Assembly: GCA_963769935.1 (NCBI GenBank)
Contig: CAVYNY010000039.1
Location: 1 to 64,000 of the forward strand
From: an uncultured delta proteobacterium
GTDB taxonomy: Bacteria > Desulfobacterota > Desulfobacteria > Desulfobacterales > JAFDCJ01
Length of the DNA: 64,000 nucleotides
Direction of reading: 5' to 3'
Part shown: in pieces, positions 9,019 through 19,607 of the stretch
Position numbering within the stretch: the first letter of the stretch is position 1
Layout: every line of letters starts with the position of its first letter
Program-made: the position numbers and the translations under genes
The notes under the pieces: model-generated
The model's database searches: none
Told to the model about the DNA's origin: nothing
The model's input: the letters and a program-made list of their open reading frames with translations, nothing else

Positions 9019-9696
9019 TTATTCTCCGCCGTGCTTCCAACGATCGAGAATTCCAGAAACTTTTGGATATACCCTTTCACGTGCTTCCCGCCGGTCGATG
9101 CCTTTCAGCAGCAAATCGTCGTAATTCGTTTCCGCATGCCGGACATGTGCTGTCACAGCCAGCCGCACCGCCTCTTCGTCCAGCGCCTTGGCGGCGGCAC
9201 TCCGGCCCACGCGGCCGCTGTATTTTCGGCATGCATGCTCGGCAATTATGCTTTCTCGCGCGATCGGACAAAAAGGATATATTTCTCGAACAAGGCCTGC
9301 AAAGCTGTGAATGTATTCCAGATCCAGTTCTGCCCGCCGCGCTGCTGCTTTTGCCCGAGCCCGTTTTCTAGCATCTTCGTCGGCAGCACACTCTTTTTCG
9401 GCATGCTCAAGTGCTTCGTTTTCGACAAGCAACCCCTGCCGTTCATAGCGCTTGCGGGCGCGAGACCATTTCAAAACCCCCGCCGATAGTCTGGAGTACT
9501 TTCTGGAACGACGAGTGAGGGCGGCATCACCGGAGGGGAGGAAAACCAGATGATCCAGATCCGCGCAGGTCAAACAAAAAGCCTTTTTCTTTTGGTCTAG
9601 AGTTATCCAGGCCCTGCGACCGAGCTCTTGCCCGCATTCTTCACACTTGGAGTTTTGAGTCGTGATAAAAACGACGAAATCGCTGCCTTTCGACAT
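9019..9696 (-). CDS. DUF2293-domain protein
   Basis: CxxC zinc-finger, LPSGDAALTRR, RKRYERQG, YSGRVGRS and AHVRHAETNYDDLL motifs. Confidence 0.82.
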   Translation of the reverse strand: MSKGSDFVVFITTQNSKCEECGQELGRRAWITLDQKKKAFCLTCADLDHLVFLPSGDAALTRRSRKYSRLSAGVLKWSRARKRYERQGLLVENEALEHAEKECAADEDARKRARAKAAARRAELDLEYIHSFAGLVREIYPFCPIARESIIAEHACRKYSGRVGRSAAAKALDEEAVRLAVTAHVRHAETNYDDLLLKGIDRREARERVYPKVSGILDRWKHGGE

Positions 9697-9813
9697 GAGG
9701 CTCTCACTGAATTTTTCAATTTGGCTGATAGTCTTGAAAGCAACTGCATTTCTCGTTTCTGATATTCCATCGCAGATGATGTGAATAGTGACGGAATCGC
9801 TCCAGAATTGCAA

Positions 9814-9847
9814 GAAAAAAGGGGCTCAAAGCTTGAATAGTCGATAA
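9814..9847 (+). repeat. Empty copy of the IS110 target repeat
   Basis: GAAAAAAGGGGCTCAAAGCTTGAATAGTCGATAA is 31/34 identical to the reconstructed IS110 empty site. Confidence 0.88.
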
Positions 9848-10094
9848 CGGCTTGTTTCCTTACGTGGATTTTCTTAGATGTTGAGGACGTTGTTGACTGG
9901 GTTGACTTAACGCCTTCACTTTGCTCAACATTTAAATCTGCGGCGACACGCCTTGATGATCGACAGATGCCCAACTCAGGCTATGATCAGGCAGCCTGAA
10001 GCGGCCTGATTTTTTCAATCTCCTGTTTGTTCTCTATCTTAGCCGTCCGGAGATCCACCGCGCGTTGTAAAAATTGGGGTGAAATATTGATTAT

Positions 10095-11330
10095 TTAATG
10101 ATTAAATAATCTGGCGAATGCATTCCGGATTTCAATTTGATTTATGGCCTTCGGTGACATCTGCATTTTTTCATGGCCGTCCCTTTTTCTGTCCCTCATC
10201 CATTCTACTGGATGCCCGCCACCCAATTTTTCTCTACCACCAATTTTAGAAAAAACGATCTGCCAGAGTTGGTTTCGTCGCGCCCGGAAACTGCCGGCGC
10301 AGGAAAGCAGGTAGTAAACCCACATGCGCTTAAACTGTTCGTCATAGGCATCCTGGATACAACGCCAGTTATCGACGAAGTTTCGGTGCCAGGCTAGCAG
10401 GGTGGGGTCGTAGTGGGGACCGAAGCTGTGCCAGTCTTCCAGAATGAAGATACCTTCGGCGGCCTCTGTAATCTGCCGGGCGGAGGGCAGCATCGAATTC
10501 GGGAAAATATATTTCGCCAACCAGGGGTCCACTGAGTGGACCGAGGTGTTGCTCCCGATAGTGTGCAACAAAAATAGCCCATCATCCTTCAGGCAGCGGT
10601 TGACCAACTGCATGTAGGCTCGGTAGTTCACAAACCCCACATGCTCGAACATGCCGATCGAAACAATGCGGTCGAAGGTTCCCTGAATATTGCGGTAATC
10701 CTTTAGCTCGAAGGTTACGGGTAGGCCTGAACTTAGGCTTTGGGCCAGGTTGACCTGCTCGCCAGAGACCGTAACGCCCGTCACCTCGACCCTGTATGTA
10801 TCCGCGGCGTAAATCGCGAAAGCGCCCCAGCCGCATCCGATATCAAGCACCCGCATGCCCGGCTCTAGTCCAAGTTTGCGGCAAGTTAGCTCGAGTTTGG
10901 CCTCCTGGGCCTTATCGAGGGTGTCGGCCTCATGCCAGTAGGCGCAGGAGTAATTCATGCGCTTGTCCAGCATGGCCGTAAAAAGATCGTTGCCGATATC
11001 GTAATGGCGTCGCCCGACTTCAAACGCCCTGGACCTGCCATACATTCTGGTCAGCCTGGCTTTAGCCGCCAGCCATAGGGCCGCCTTCGATTTACGGACC
11101 TTTTTATCGATTCGTGCCGCCATGATTCGTTCGAAGAACTGATCCAGTGCTTCGCAGTCCCACCAGCCGTCCATGTAGCTTTCTCCCAGAGCCAGTGAAC
11201 CACCGGCAAGGATCCTCTGGTAAAAATCGGGATTGTGAATTTGGATATCGCAGGGTGCGTGCCCATCGATCCGCACACCGGCATGATCCAGAAGTTGTTG
11301 AACCAGCCTTTTTTCTCCAGAGCCTTTCAT
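10095..11330 (-). CDS. cfa: Cyclopropane fatty acyl phospholipid synthase
   Basis: LGESYMDGWW, HYDIGNDLF, VLDIGCGWG, IVSIGMFEHVG and YIFPNS motifs. Confidence 0.95.
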   Translation of the reverse strand: MKGSGEKRLVQQLLDHAGVRIDGHAPCDIQIHNPDFYQRILAGGSLALGESYMDGWWDCEALDQFFERIMAARIDKKVRKSKAALWLAAKARLTRMYGRSRAFEVGRRHYDIGNDLFTAMLDKRMNYSCAYWHEADTLDKAQEAKLELTCRKLGLEPGMRVLDIGCGWGAFAIYAADTYRVEVTGVTVSGEQVNLAQSLSSGLPVTFELKDYRNIQGTFDRIVSIGMFEHVGFVNYRAYMQLVNRCLKDDGLFLLHTIGSNTSVHSVDPWLAKYIFPNSMLPSARQITEAAEGIFILEDWHSFGPHYDPTLLAWHRNFVDNWRCIQDAYDEQFKRMWVYYLLSCAGSFRARRNQLWQIVFSKIGGREKLGGGHPVEWMRDRKRDGHEKMQMSPKAINQIEIRNAFARLFNH

Positions 11331-11637
11331 GGAGCTGTCTCCGTATCAGGTGAAAGCGAAGATCGGAAAATAAGAAAACAATTGCTTAATCAATATCCTT
11401 ATTTACTTATTATGAAATAATAAAACCCCAAAACTCTAATTGAGAAATGGGGTTTTTAAAAACGATTCATGGCTACCTCTTGGTTTGGGTTGTCAAATTT
11501 TTAGCATGTAAGTTTCGCCAAAGTCAATATTAGGGGGGCAAATTAAAAAAAAATGACAACCTGAAATTTTCTCTGTGATCTTCGCGATCTCTGCGGATCC
11601 TGAACTGTAGCCTGAAAACTTCAAGAAAGGTGTTGAT

Positions 11638-12173
11638 ATGAACTCACAAAAACGGCTGACGGACGTCGATTCTGAGCGCCAGGCAATACTGCTGAACAAC
11701 TTCATGCGAACCGTTCCGTTTCTCGGAATGCTTGAAATGGGGGTTCTGGAATGATGGGTCTGATAATGGGCGGTTTGCCGGGGCTCTTGATTGCTGCTGT
11801 GACAAGTGCGGTGGTCTCTGTGTGCACGGAGGTGTTTTCCGGAATGGTTGGAAGCGGATCGATAAATACACTTTACGGCTTTGGCCGCCGAACCTCAATT
11901 CTGCGGGAGCGTCTGGCAGCCGATCTGAGCGGGGTGCGTTTTCACAAAATGAAACAGGACCATGACAGCGCCCTTGTCAAACTGGAAGAAATTCTGGCCC
12001 GCGATCCTGATTTCCCCGAAGGGCTCTTTCTAAAAGGCCAGATCCTGTGGGAGGGCTATCAGGATTGCGCCACTGCCAAAGCGTGCCTGATGCGGGTCAT
12101 AAAAGTCGAGCCGGACAAAAATGCCGTTTTTCACCGCTGGGCGTTAAATTTGTATCGAGAAATTAATACCTGA
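11638..12173 (+). CDS. Membrane-anchored TPR-like protein; probable frameshift near 11735-11750
   Basis: The ATG at 11638 follows an RBS and reads MNSQKRLTD... then shifts into ORF 11751..12173 (hydrophobic segment, then ILARDPDFPEGLFLKGQILW). Confidence 0.6.
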
Positions 12174-12294
12174 TTATCTTGCATGAAAATCAAAGGACCT
12201 GCCTCCTTATTGACAATCCTTCCCTGTTTTGTTGTTTTAAACTAAATCTTAAATTAAATTATAAGAATTGCTATTTTAAAGATTGAAATAAGTG

Positions 12295-12552
12295 ATGAAA
12301 AGAGACCTGCAAGGAAGGCTACGTGACTATTTCCACGGCCGGGGAGGCAGCCAGGGCTTTTGTTCCTTCGCCTTTGCCTCCAATACCTTCGATAGAGTGG
12401 TCATCTGAGTTCCGTGAAAAATTTGATCAGGCCCTTCTGACTTTGGGGCGGTTAGATTTGGAATTGTTTCTGCATGACTTGCCTGAAAAGACACCGGTTA
12501 TCGTCAAGGCCGCCTGCGCATGTTCAGTTTGAGACCATTCATCCGTTTCCGG
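12295..12552 (+). pseudogene. Fic-family remnant with internal deletion
   Basis: Fic N-terminus (AFVPSPLPP...ALLTLGRLD) is fused directly to LELFLHD...VKAA, then the frameshifted HVQFETIHPF motif. Confidence 0.75.
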
Positions 12553-12730
12553 AAAGAAATCTATATATGGAGCTCCTTACGGAATTCCTTTAGAAACTGC
12601 GATGCTGCGAGAATTTGAGTATTGCTGTGTGATTTCAGATTAAGAAGGGCGGATACGAAAACATTAATTATTTGACAAATGTCTATCATCGCCGTGCTGC
12701 TATTACTTCTAACTTGTTTATAAAAGTGGG

Positions 12731-13897
12731 TTAATTGAGCCTCTTGAAACCATCCGCCAGATCTGAAATCAAATCCTGTGGGTCCTCCAGCCCGACATGA
12801 TAGCGCAGGAGATAGCCGGATTCATCCCATGGAGGAGCGGTTCGATAGGCCGCCGGATCGGCAGGGATCACCAGACTTTCAAAGCCGCCCCAGCTGGCTC
12901 CGATATTAAAGTAGCTGTAGTTGTCCACCATCCGGGAAACCGCTTCTTCCGATGTCTCATGTAACAGCACACCGAAAAGGCTTGATGCCCCGGTAAAATC
13001 CCGCTGCCAGAGGTGATGGCCAGGGTTTCCTTCCAGCGCCGGGTACAGGACCCGCTTGACTTCGGACCGGTCCTGAAGCCAGCGAGTCAAATCCAGCGCT
13101 GCCGCCTGCTGCTGCTTCAGCCGGGCCCCCATGGATCTCATCCCCTTGAGGGCCTGGTAACAATCGTCCGGTGCGGCGATCTCTCCGAAGGCCAGGGTGG
13201 TATCCTTTAACTGACGAAAATATTTCTCTTCGGCGGCCGTAATAATTCCGATTACCAGATCCGAGCCGCCTGCGATATACTTGGTTGCGGCCTGAATTGA
13301 AATATCCACGCCATGGGCGAAGGGTTTGAAGAAAAGCGGCGTGGCCCACGTGTTGTCCAGCAAGATCAGTGCATCCCTTTGATGGGCGGCGGCAGCGATG
13401 GCCGGAATATCCTGAACTTCGAAGGTAAGCGAGCCCGGAGACTCGGTAAACACCACCCGGGTGTTGCAACGGATCAAACCTGCAATGTCCGCCCCGATAA
13501 GCGGGTCGTAGTATGTTGTTTCCACACCCAAACGCATCAGAACGGAATTGCAGAATTCCCGGGTCGGCGTGTAGACCGAGTCAACCATCAGCAGATGATC
13601 GCCGCTGTTTAAAAATGCGGTCAGCGCCATGGTTGCCGCCGCCAGACCGGATGAGGTGACCACCCCGCCGACGCCGCCCTCCAGTTGTGCCACCGTGTCG
13701 GCCAGGGCAAAGGTTGTGGGGGTGCCGTAGGCGCCGTAGCGCACCCCGCGATATTTGCGATCGTCGGCGGCGCGGTTTTTAAACGCTTCAATGGTCGGAT
13801 AAATAATGGTGGATGCATGATAGACCGGTGTGCTGACAACACCGTGCTGTGACATCGGGTCCCGACCCAGGTGTACCAGATCCGTATTTTTGCCCAT
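12731..13897 (-). CDS. metC: Cystathionine beta-lyase
   Basis: YGAYGTPT, ESPGSLTFEVQD, DNTWAT, AATKY (PLP lysine), SWGGFESL and VGLED motifs. Confidence 0.93.
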   Translation of the reverse strand: MGKNTDLVHLGRDPMSQHGVVSTPVYHASTIIYPTIEAFKNRAADDRKYRGVRYGAYGTPTTFALADTVAQLEGGVGGVVTSSGLAAATMALTAFLNSGDHLLMVDSVYTPTREFCNSVLMRLGVETTYYDPLIGADIAGLIRCNTRVVFTESPGSLTFEVQDIPAIAAAAHQRDALILLDNTWATPLFFKPFAHGVDISIQAATKYIAGGSDLVIGIITAAEEKYFRQLKDTTLAFGEIAAPDDCYQALKGMRSMGARLKQQQAAALDLTRWLQDRSEVKRVLYPALEGNPGHHLWQRDFTGASSLFGVLLHETSEEAVSRMVDNYSYFNIGASWGGFESLVIPADPAAYRTAPPWDESGYLLRYHVGLEDPQDLISDLADGFKRLN

Positions 13898-14360
13898 CGA
13901 ATGCCTGCGCTTTCTAAAGGAAATATGGAATTAGGCTCAAAACTTACCGCTTTATGTATCCCCTATGTACGGTTGCCCGCAGACCGTTGTCAAGAAATGA
14001 ATGGGGGAAATATAGGGGACTCCGGATCTCCATTCTGTACCTCAGTCCAACATAAACACAAGCCCGCATGCTTATCCAAAAAAATATCCGTTAATATCCA
14101 TTTTAAATTGGTTTGTGCCCAAATTGTGCCGGTCGAGAAGTCTTAGGCCCCAGCGAGTGTGCTTGGAAGACGTGTGCCTAACATCTGTTCCACCAAGGAG
14201 TTGAAGGATCTAGTTTCCATTCATTGCTCCTTTTTAATGGCTATAGCAGGCAGAGGCAAAGGGCTCAATGGGATGTAAACTTCGACTTTACATATCAAAA
14301 TAAAACCGGAATTGGCAAAAGGTTTATGGATCGACAAGAGAAGCTATCTGCTGCCTAAGA

Positions 14361-14425
14361 GATCTTGGGAACGCCCACTTAATTATTACTTTCCTGCTGT
14401 TCAACGATAATGATGGAGATGCAGG
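14361..14425 (+). repeat. ~63-bp dispersed repeat, copy 2
   Basis: GATCTTGGGAACGCCCACTTAATTATTACTTTCCTGCTGTTCAACGATAATGATGGAGATGCAGG. Confidence 0.8.
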
Positions 14426-14446
14426 CCTATTCTATTTGCTTTTCTT

Positions 14447-15940
14447 CTATTTTAGCAAGGTGTCAATGAAACAGCCCGCTGAGCCGCCGCTGTCCGTGCT
14501 GCTGGTATTTACGGCGCCCGAAGTAGAGGGTGCAATCCCAAGCCCGGCAGGATCTTTTATAATTCCGTTCTGCACTTCGTCGTCGTCTCCTGGGCCGCCA
14601 TCTATCAATGTTAAGCTCACCTCGTCTCTTGCACTGTTGATGGAAACATGCGCACTGTAGTCAATCCAACCCTTATTTTGGCTATATTTATACCATTTGT
14701 ATCCCTCCGGCACAGGCTCCGGCAGAAAAACCGTAATGACGGCAGTGCGGCCGGGAATATCGGTTTTAATTGCAAAATCAATCAGTCCGTAAATCAGATT
14801 TTCAGGCATTCCATCTATATCCGAAATGCTGTCACTTTCAGGATCGACAGGATAAAGGCTCACCAAAACTGAGCCGCTATTCAGTTTTAATCCCAACCAT
14901 CTATCGGTATCCGTTTTAAATGTGATGATATCATCCGGCCAATTTTGAACTCCATTTTCCTTGATTGTTATTTCAACCGTATCAGAGTCGGATAAACCGC
15001 CGGAGTCAAACACCGTCACCTGGAAAACTACCTTGGCATCCTCGGTGATCGGCGCTGCAACAAAAGTGGGGCCGGCGTCATTTTCGTTGGATAACCTGAA
15101 TGCAGGGCCGCTGATTTGAGCCCATGCGTAAGCCACGACTGCATCATTCGGGTCTGATGACTGAGATGCATCCAGCGTCACAGTTTCGCCCTCTGCAACC
15201 ACCTGAGGAGGACCTGCTTCAGCCGCCGGTGCCAGCTGATTGATCGCGAAGTTTACCTCAAGGCTGTGGTTTCTGCCGACATTTGAAAAAGTATAGGTAG
15301 TCGCTAAAGCAGCGGCCTCGCCGTCCACCAGCACTTCATCAACGCTGTACCCCGGATCCGGCGTAAAGGTGAAGGTTAAATTGCGGCCTTGATCTACGGC
15401 GACGTCTCCTTCCGGAAATATGCTGCCTCCGGGACCGGCAGCAGCCGCAATCGTATATGTGGCAGTACCCGGGCAGGAACTGACTCCACTTTTACGTCCA
15501 AAGTCCTGCGTCCAGTAGTAGTGATAAGTGCTGTCTGCTACATAGACATAGCCGACACCGATATCGCAAAAGTTTGGGTTCAATATATTTGCCCGGTGCC
15601 CTGAGCTGGACATCCAGCTGTCGATGACAACTTCAGGAGTTGGCTGGCCGGCGGCAATATTTTCGCCATAGGTGTTGTAGGAGTAGCCAGCCTCCGTGAG
15701 GCGGTCGCCGACTGTTCGTCCGTCGAGGCTCGTGTGGCTGAAATAGTCCTGCACTCCCATGTCCTCGGAATGATCCCGTGCCGCCGCAGCGAGGCTGTAA
15801 TCATAAGCGAGCGGATGAAGACCCCGGGCTTCTCTTTCAACATTTACCAAATCAATCACGTCACTTTCAAAGTCGCCATAGACATACCCGCCAAGCAAAA
15901 AACAGCAGCATACGAATAGATAAGATAACCTTCTCACCAT
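14447..15940 (-). CDS. Secreted CAP-domain protein with Ig/PKD-like repeats, choice-of-anchor-U-like domain and GCFI C-terminal sorting motif
   Basis: Signal peptide; GENIAAG and WMSSSGHRANIL (CAP); TLDASQSSDP (PKD-like); LTLIDGGPGDDD...IIKDPAG; terminal GGSAGCFIDTL. Confidence 0.85.
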   Translation of the reverse strand: MVRRLSYLFVCCCFLLGGYVYGDFESDVIDLVNVEREARGLHPLAYDYSLAAAARDHSEDMGVQDYFSHTSLDGRTVGDRLTEAGYSYNTYGENIAAGQPTPEVVIDSWMSSSGHRANILNPNFCDIGVGYVYVADSTYHYYWTQDFGRKSGVSSCPGTATYTIAAAAGPGGSIFPEGDVAVDQGRNLTFTFTPDPGYSVDEVLVDGEAAALATTYTFSNVGRNHSLEVNFAINQLAPAAEAGPPQVVAEGETVTLDASQSSDPNDAVVAYAWAQISGPAFRLSNENDAGPTFVAAPITEDAKVVFQVTVFDSGGLSDSDTVEITIKENGVQNWPDDIITFKTDTDRWLGLKLNSGSVLVSLYPVDPESDSISDIDGMPENLIYGLIDFAIKTDIPGRTAVITVFLPEPVPEGYKWYKYSQNKGWIDYSAHVSINSARDEVSLTLIDGGPGDDDEVQNGIIKDPAGLGIAPSTSGAVNTSSTDSGGSAGCFIDTLLK

Positions 15941-16071
15941 TTGATTCCCAATCATTTGTCTTTATCTGTGTTTAAACGCGCAACATGAAGATCAGATTGT
16001 AAGAATGCAATAATCGCACCATTGCCGGAATCCATTTAAAGGATAATAACCGCATAGGGTTAGACACATCA

Positions 16072-17334
16072 TCAGCCAATCTTTTTGCCATGCCGTCCAA
16101 ATTTTTGAACATTTATGTGCATAATTTGATTCTTTGTCCGGTTGGCCCGCCGCATGATGCATAACGAGGTTATACTGAGGAGGGCAAATCCGCCGATAAG
16201 GGGCAAGGTCGTGTCGTTGTAAAGGCGACCGATCAGAAAAGCGATGGGCACGGAAATGAAGGTGGAGAGCGACCCTACGACCGCCGAAGCGGTGCCGGCG
16301 ATATGGCCCATGGGGCTCATGGCGATGGCATTCAGGTTGCCGAACAGGAATCCGATGCAAAAGAAAGCCATCAGGAAAAAGACCATCAGCATCCAGAATG
16401 GCGAACGCCCGCCGAATAAACAGTCGATGACAAAATAAGCGGACGATATCGCGGCAAGGGCTGCCATGGCCCGATCGACCAGTTTCCGCATGCCAAGGCG
16501 CATGACGATGCGCGAATTGAAAAACAAGGCGCTGCCCACGGACAGCCCCAATATTCCGAAGATGAGCGGAAACAAGAGACCCTGATCATACAGGCCCTGA
16601 AAAACCTGCTGGGCGGAGCTCAAATACCCCAGAAAAGCGCCCATGACGAATCCCGCAACAATTGTATACGCCAGCGCGATGCGATGGCGGCATACTTCCA
16701 CCAACGCCAGGGCGATTTTTTTAAACGAGAACGGCAGGCGGTGCCGGGGCGAGAGGGTTTCCGGGTGCCGCCAGCCGAACCACGCCAGAATGATCAGCGC
16801 CAGGACCAGAAGGACGGCGAAAATCGCCCGCCAGCCGGCCACCAGGAGGATTCCCTGGCCGATGGAGGGGGCAAAGACCGGAATCATGATAAAAATGGAC
16901 ATGATCGTCGACATGATCCTGGCCATGGCGCGGCCTTCGTACTGATCCCGCACCAGGGCCAGCACCACGGACCGGGGTCCGGCCGAGCCCAGCCCTTGCA
17001 AGACTCTTCCCGCCAGCATGGTCGAGAAACTGATGCTTAAAATAGAAAGAGTGCATCCGAAGATGTAGATGGCCATCCCGGCAAAGAGAACAGGTTTGCG
17101 TCCCAGGCTGTCCGACAAGGGGCCGTAGAAAATCAGACCGACGGATAAACCTATGAACAGCAACGATATGACAAGCTGAACGTCATTGGCATTTCGCACG
17201 TTCAGATCACCGCCGATATCCGGCAGCGCGGGAAGCATGGTGTCAACCGAGAGCGCCACCAGGGAGATCAGCAGTGCCATCAGCACAAGCGATTCACCAT
17301 ATCCTATCCGGAGATGGCTTGTTTGACTGTCCAA
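16072..17334 (-). CDS. Bcr/CflA-family MFS drug efflux transporter
   Basis: DTMLPALP and GPLSDSLGRKPV motifs; about 12 hydrophobic segments. Confidence 0.92.
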   Translation of the reverse strand: MDSQTSHLRIGYGESLVLMALLISLVALSVDTMLPALPDIGGDLNVRNANDVQLVISLLFIGLSVGLIFYGPLSDSLGRKPVLFAGMAIYIFGCTLSILSISFSTMLAGRVLQGLGSAGPRSVVLALVRDQYEGRAMARIMSTIMSIFIMIPVFAPSIGQGILLVAGWRAIFAVLLVLALIILAWFGWRHPETLSPRHRLPFSFKKIALALVEVCRHRIALAYTIVAGFVMGAFLGYLSSAQQVFQGLYDQGLLFPLIFGILGLSVGSALFFNSRIVMRLGMRKLVDRAMAALAAISSAYFVIDCLFGGRSPFWMLMVFFLMAFFCIGFLFGNLNAIAMSPMGHIAGTASAVVGSLSTFISVPIAFLIGRLYNDTTLPLIGGFALLSITSLCIMRRANRTKNQIMHINVQKFGRHGKKIG

Positions 17335-17412
17335 TTGATTCTGCGTCCTTTCGAGCTTGCTTCTATATATTGCGACTGGAGGACCAGTGACAGATTCTGT
17401 CCATGCCGTTTT

Positions 17413-17640
17413 TCAACGGTAATCGGATGCGCGCAGGCGAAGGTAGCGCGGCATGATGGTTTCCAGGGTGAACAAGCGGTCATCGATCATCAGGCCGCGC
17501 CTGGCTTCCGGCACATCAAAATCCCGGGGATAGGTGACTTCGGGATCCAGGCGCTCGATCACGATATCCAATTGGAATCGATCGGATTTCGGCACTCCCC
17601 GGTAGGTCATTTTCAGCCCTATATAGTGAAATTTATGCAA
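17413..17640 (-). CDS. Hypothetical protein
   Basis: 75-aa ORF filling the gap upstream of the MFS gene. Confidence 0.4.
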   Translation of the reverse strand: MHKFHYIGLKMTYRGVPKSDRFQLDIVIERLDPEVTYPRDFDVPEARRGLMIDDRLFTLETIMPRYLRLRASDYR

Positions 17641-17791
17641 CTATAAGGCAGATTCACCCGCTTCATTACCATACCGAACCAATACCTCGCAACGTATGCC
17701 TGCTGGATTGAAATTGCCGATCGATTATGCTAATGACAGATCATCTGCTAAATATGGAACGCAACCCTTCAGCCTGTAAGAGGATATAGGC

Positions 17792-18289
17792 ATGGAAATG
17801 AAAATGTCGGTTGAAAAGGCCAAGCAACGCGCATTGGAGCTTATGGGCCGGGGATATCACTGAGGACCTTCCATCCTGCAAGTTATGTGGGAGGCATATG
17901 ATCTCGACAATGAAGACTTTCTGTGGGCCGGTGCTCCATTTCTGGGAGGTATCGGCGGCTATCAGAATGCCCCGTGCGGAGTGGTATCGGCATCCGCCGT
18001 GTGCCTTGGGCTGCGGCACCGCTGCCCATTGAGTGATAAAGGGCAGGCCAAACAGGCCCGCCACGCCGTACGCACATTTTCGGCGAAAATCGTCGCGGAA
18101 TTCAACCGGCATTTTGGCGACATCACTTGCCAGGCACTTATCGGCATGGATTTTTCCAAACCCGGTGAATACAAAAAGTTCCTGGAATCGGGCATCTGGA
18201 AGGACAAGTGCGAAAAGTACATCGAGTTCATGATAGAAAAGCTTTATGAACTTGAGGAGGACCGGGGATTATTTATCCAGGCCCCTTGA
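17792..18289 (+). CDS. C_GCAxxG_C_C-family protein; candidate selenoprotein (in-frame TGA at 17861-17863)
   Basis: MEMKMSVEKAKQRALELMGRGYH*GPSILQVMWEAY is in frame with ORF 17885..18289 (GGIGG...PCGVVS, ITCQAL, KCEKY). The TGA sits where the family's first Cys is expected. Confidence 0.8.
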
Positions 18290-18434
18290 AATCTTAAATG
18301 ATCAATTGAACCCGACAGTCTGGGACTTATAGCGATAGCCGGCACGCCTCCCTGGCTCGAATGAGCGAGACCCACAGCGAGGCTCAGGAAATCCTTGAGA
18401 CCAAAACCGATTTTTCTCTCAAAGCGTTTTTTTC

Positions 18435-18815
18435 TCAAGCGAGTTTGTCAGCGCCGCTGTATACTTCTTCGATGTCAATGACAACAGCTCCATGTCCAGG
18501 ATATTTTTTATCCAGCCAGACATTTTTCATTTCATCAAATATTTTACCGCTGGTATGGTAATGCACGGAACCTTTTAATTGAAACGCCTTCTTTTCGCTG
18601 GTAATATACAGCAGACCGACGGCGCTGCCAGCCTTTATATTGGCACGGGTTTTATGCATTTTGTTATCCGCAACTACAATTTTGCTGTCGGAGATCTTTT
18701 TTACACAGGTGACGTAAATCGTGTTGGGAATTCCGTTTGAATCCACTGTTGATAATATCACCGGCCCCTCACGATTTTCCCATGCCTGAGCCGCAATTTC
18801 GGGCAATGTTGCCAA
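18435..18815 (-). CDS. Pyridoxamine 5'-phosphate oxidase-like FMN-binding protein
   Basis: LSTVDSNGIPN, ADNKMHKTRANI and FQLKG motifs. Confidence 0.85.
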   Translation of the reverse strand: MATLPEIAAQAWENREGPVILSTVDSNGIPNTIYVTCVKKISDSKIVVADNKMHKTRANIKAGSAVGLLYITSEKKAFQLKGSVHYHTSGKIFDEMKNVWLDKKYPGHGAVVIDIEEVYSGADKLA

Positions 18816-18881
18816 GAGTCGTTTCCTTTCTTAACCAGGTTTATCGATTCATACTTTATCCATATTTATTCGGTCAAACCG

Positions 18882-19253
18882 CTAATATTTACCCTGATCT
18901 ATCTTCTCAACGATGGACAAACCAAGCAAACGATGCCCCCGGCGTTCCCCCTGGCCGGGCATGGTGATGTGTTTGATTTCAGTTTTATATAGTCCTGAAG
19001 GCATCTTGCCTGTGGGTGATATAAAATCAGCATCTAAAATTTGACCCACCTCAACCAGATTCAAAAAGTTAGAATCCTCTTTAACGAGAAGCCCGGCTCC
19101 CGCTCTAGATACATCCGTAACTCTAAACTGATAGATCGGTTCTCCGATCAGCTTAATCTCGACTCGATAATTTCTCAGCTCAGCCCCACGGGGACAAGCC
19201 CTTCTTTCTTTGGATATTTTAATTTTGGGGTCTTTTCTCATTATCTCCGGCAT
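18882..19253 (-). CDS. PilZ-like domain protein
   Basis: ERRACPR and DVSRAG motifs. Confidence 0.7.
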   Translation of the reverse strand: MPEIMRKDPKIKISKERRACPRGAELRNYRVEIKLIGEPIYQFRVTDVSRAGAGLLVKEDSNFLNLVEVGQILDADFISPTGKMPSGLYKTEIKHITMPGQGERRGHRLLGLSIVEKIDQGKY

Positions 19254-19607
19254 CGGTTTTGTGTTTGATTCAACCTTTATACTTTAATCCGTATATGATA
19301 AAAAAGTCAAGCATATTAATTAGATACCTTAGGATCATTCAGGAATCATTGTCGTTTTATTGAAAAATTTATGCTTCGATTCTGCACATAACCGACTAAA
19401 TTTTATTGACAAAATATTCTGATGCCGGAAAATGGGTACAGATTATAAATTTTCCAGGTAAGTTTTATTTTATTCCAACAAACAGATTTTTAATAACCTG
19501 AACAATTGACAGAAATAATTGCCGCCGGAGTTGAATTGCCCAGCGCTTCTTATAGCATGACCCCTGCGCTGAGTGCGGCAGGTGCCTCATATCGAAGTGA
19601 ATTCTGC

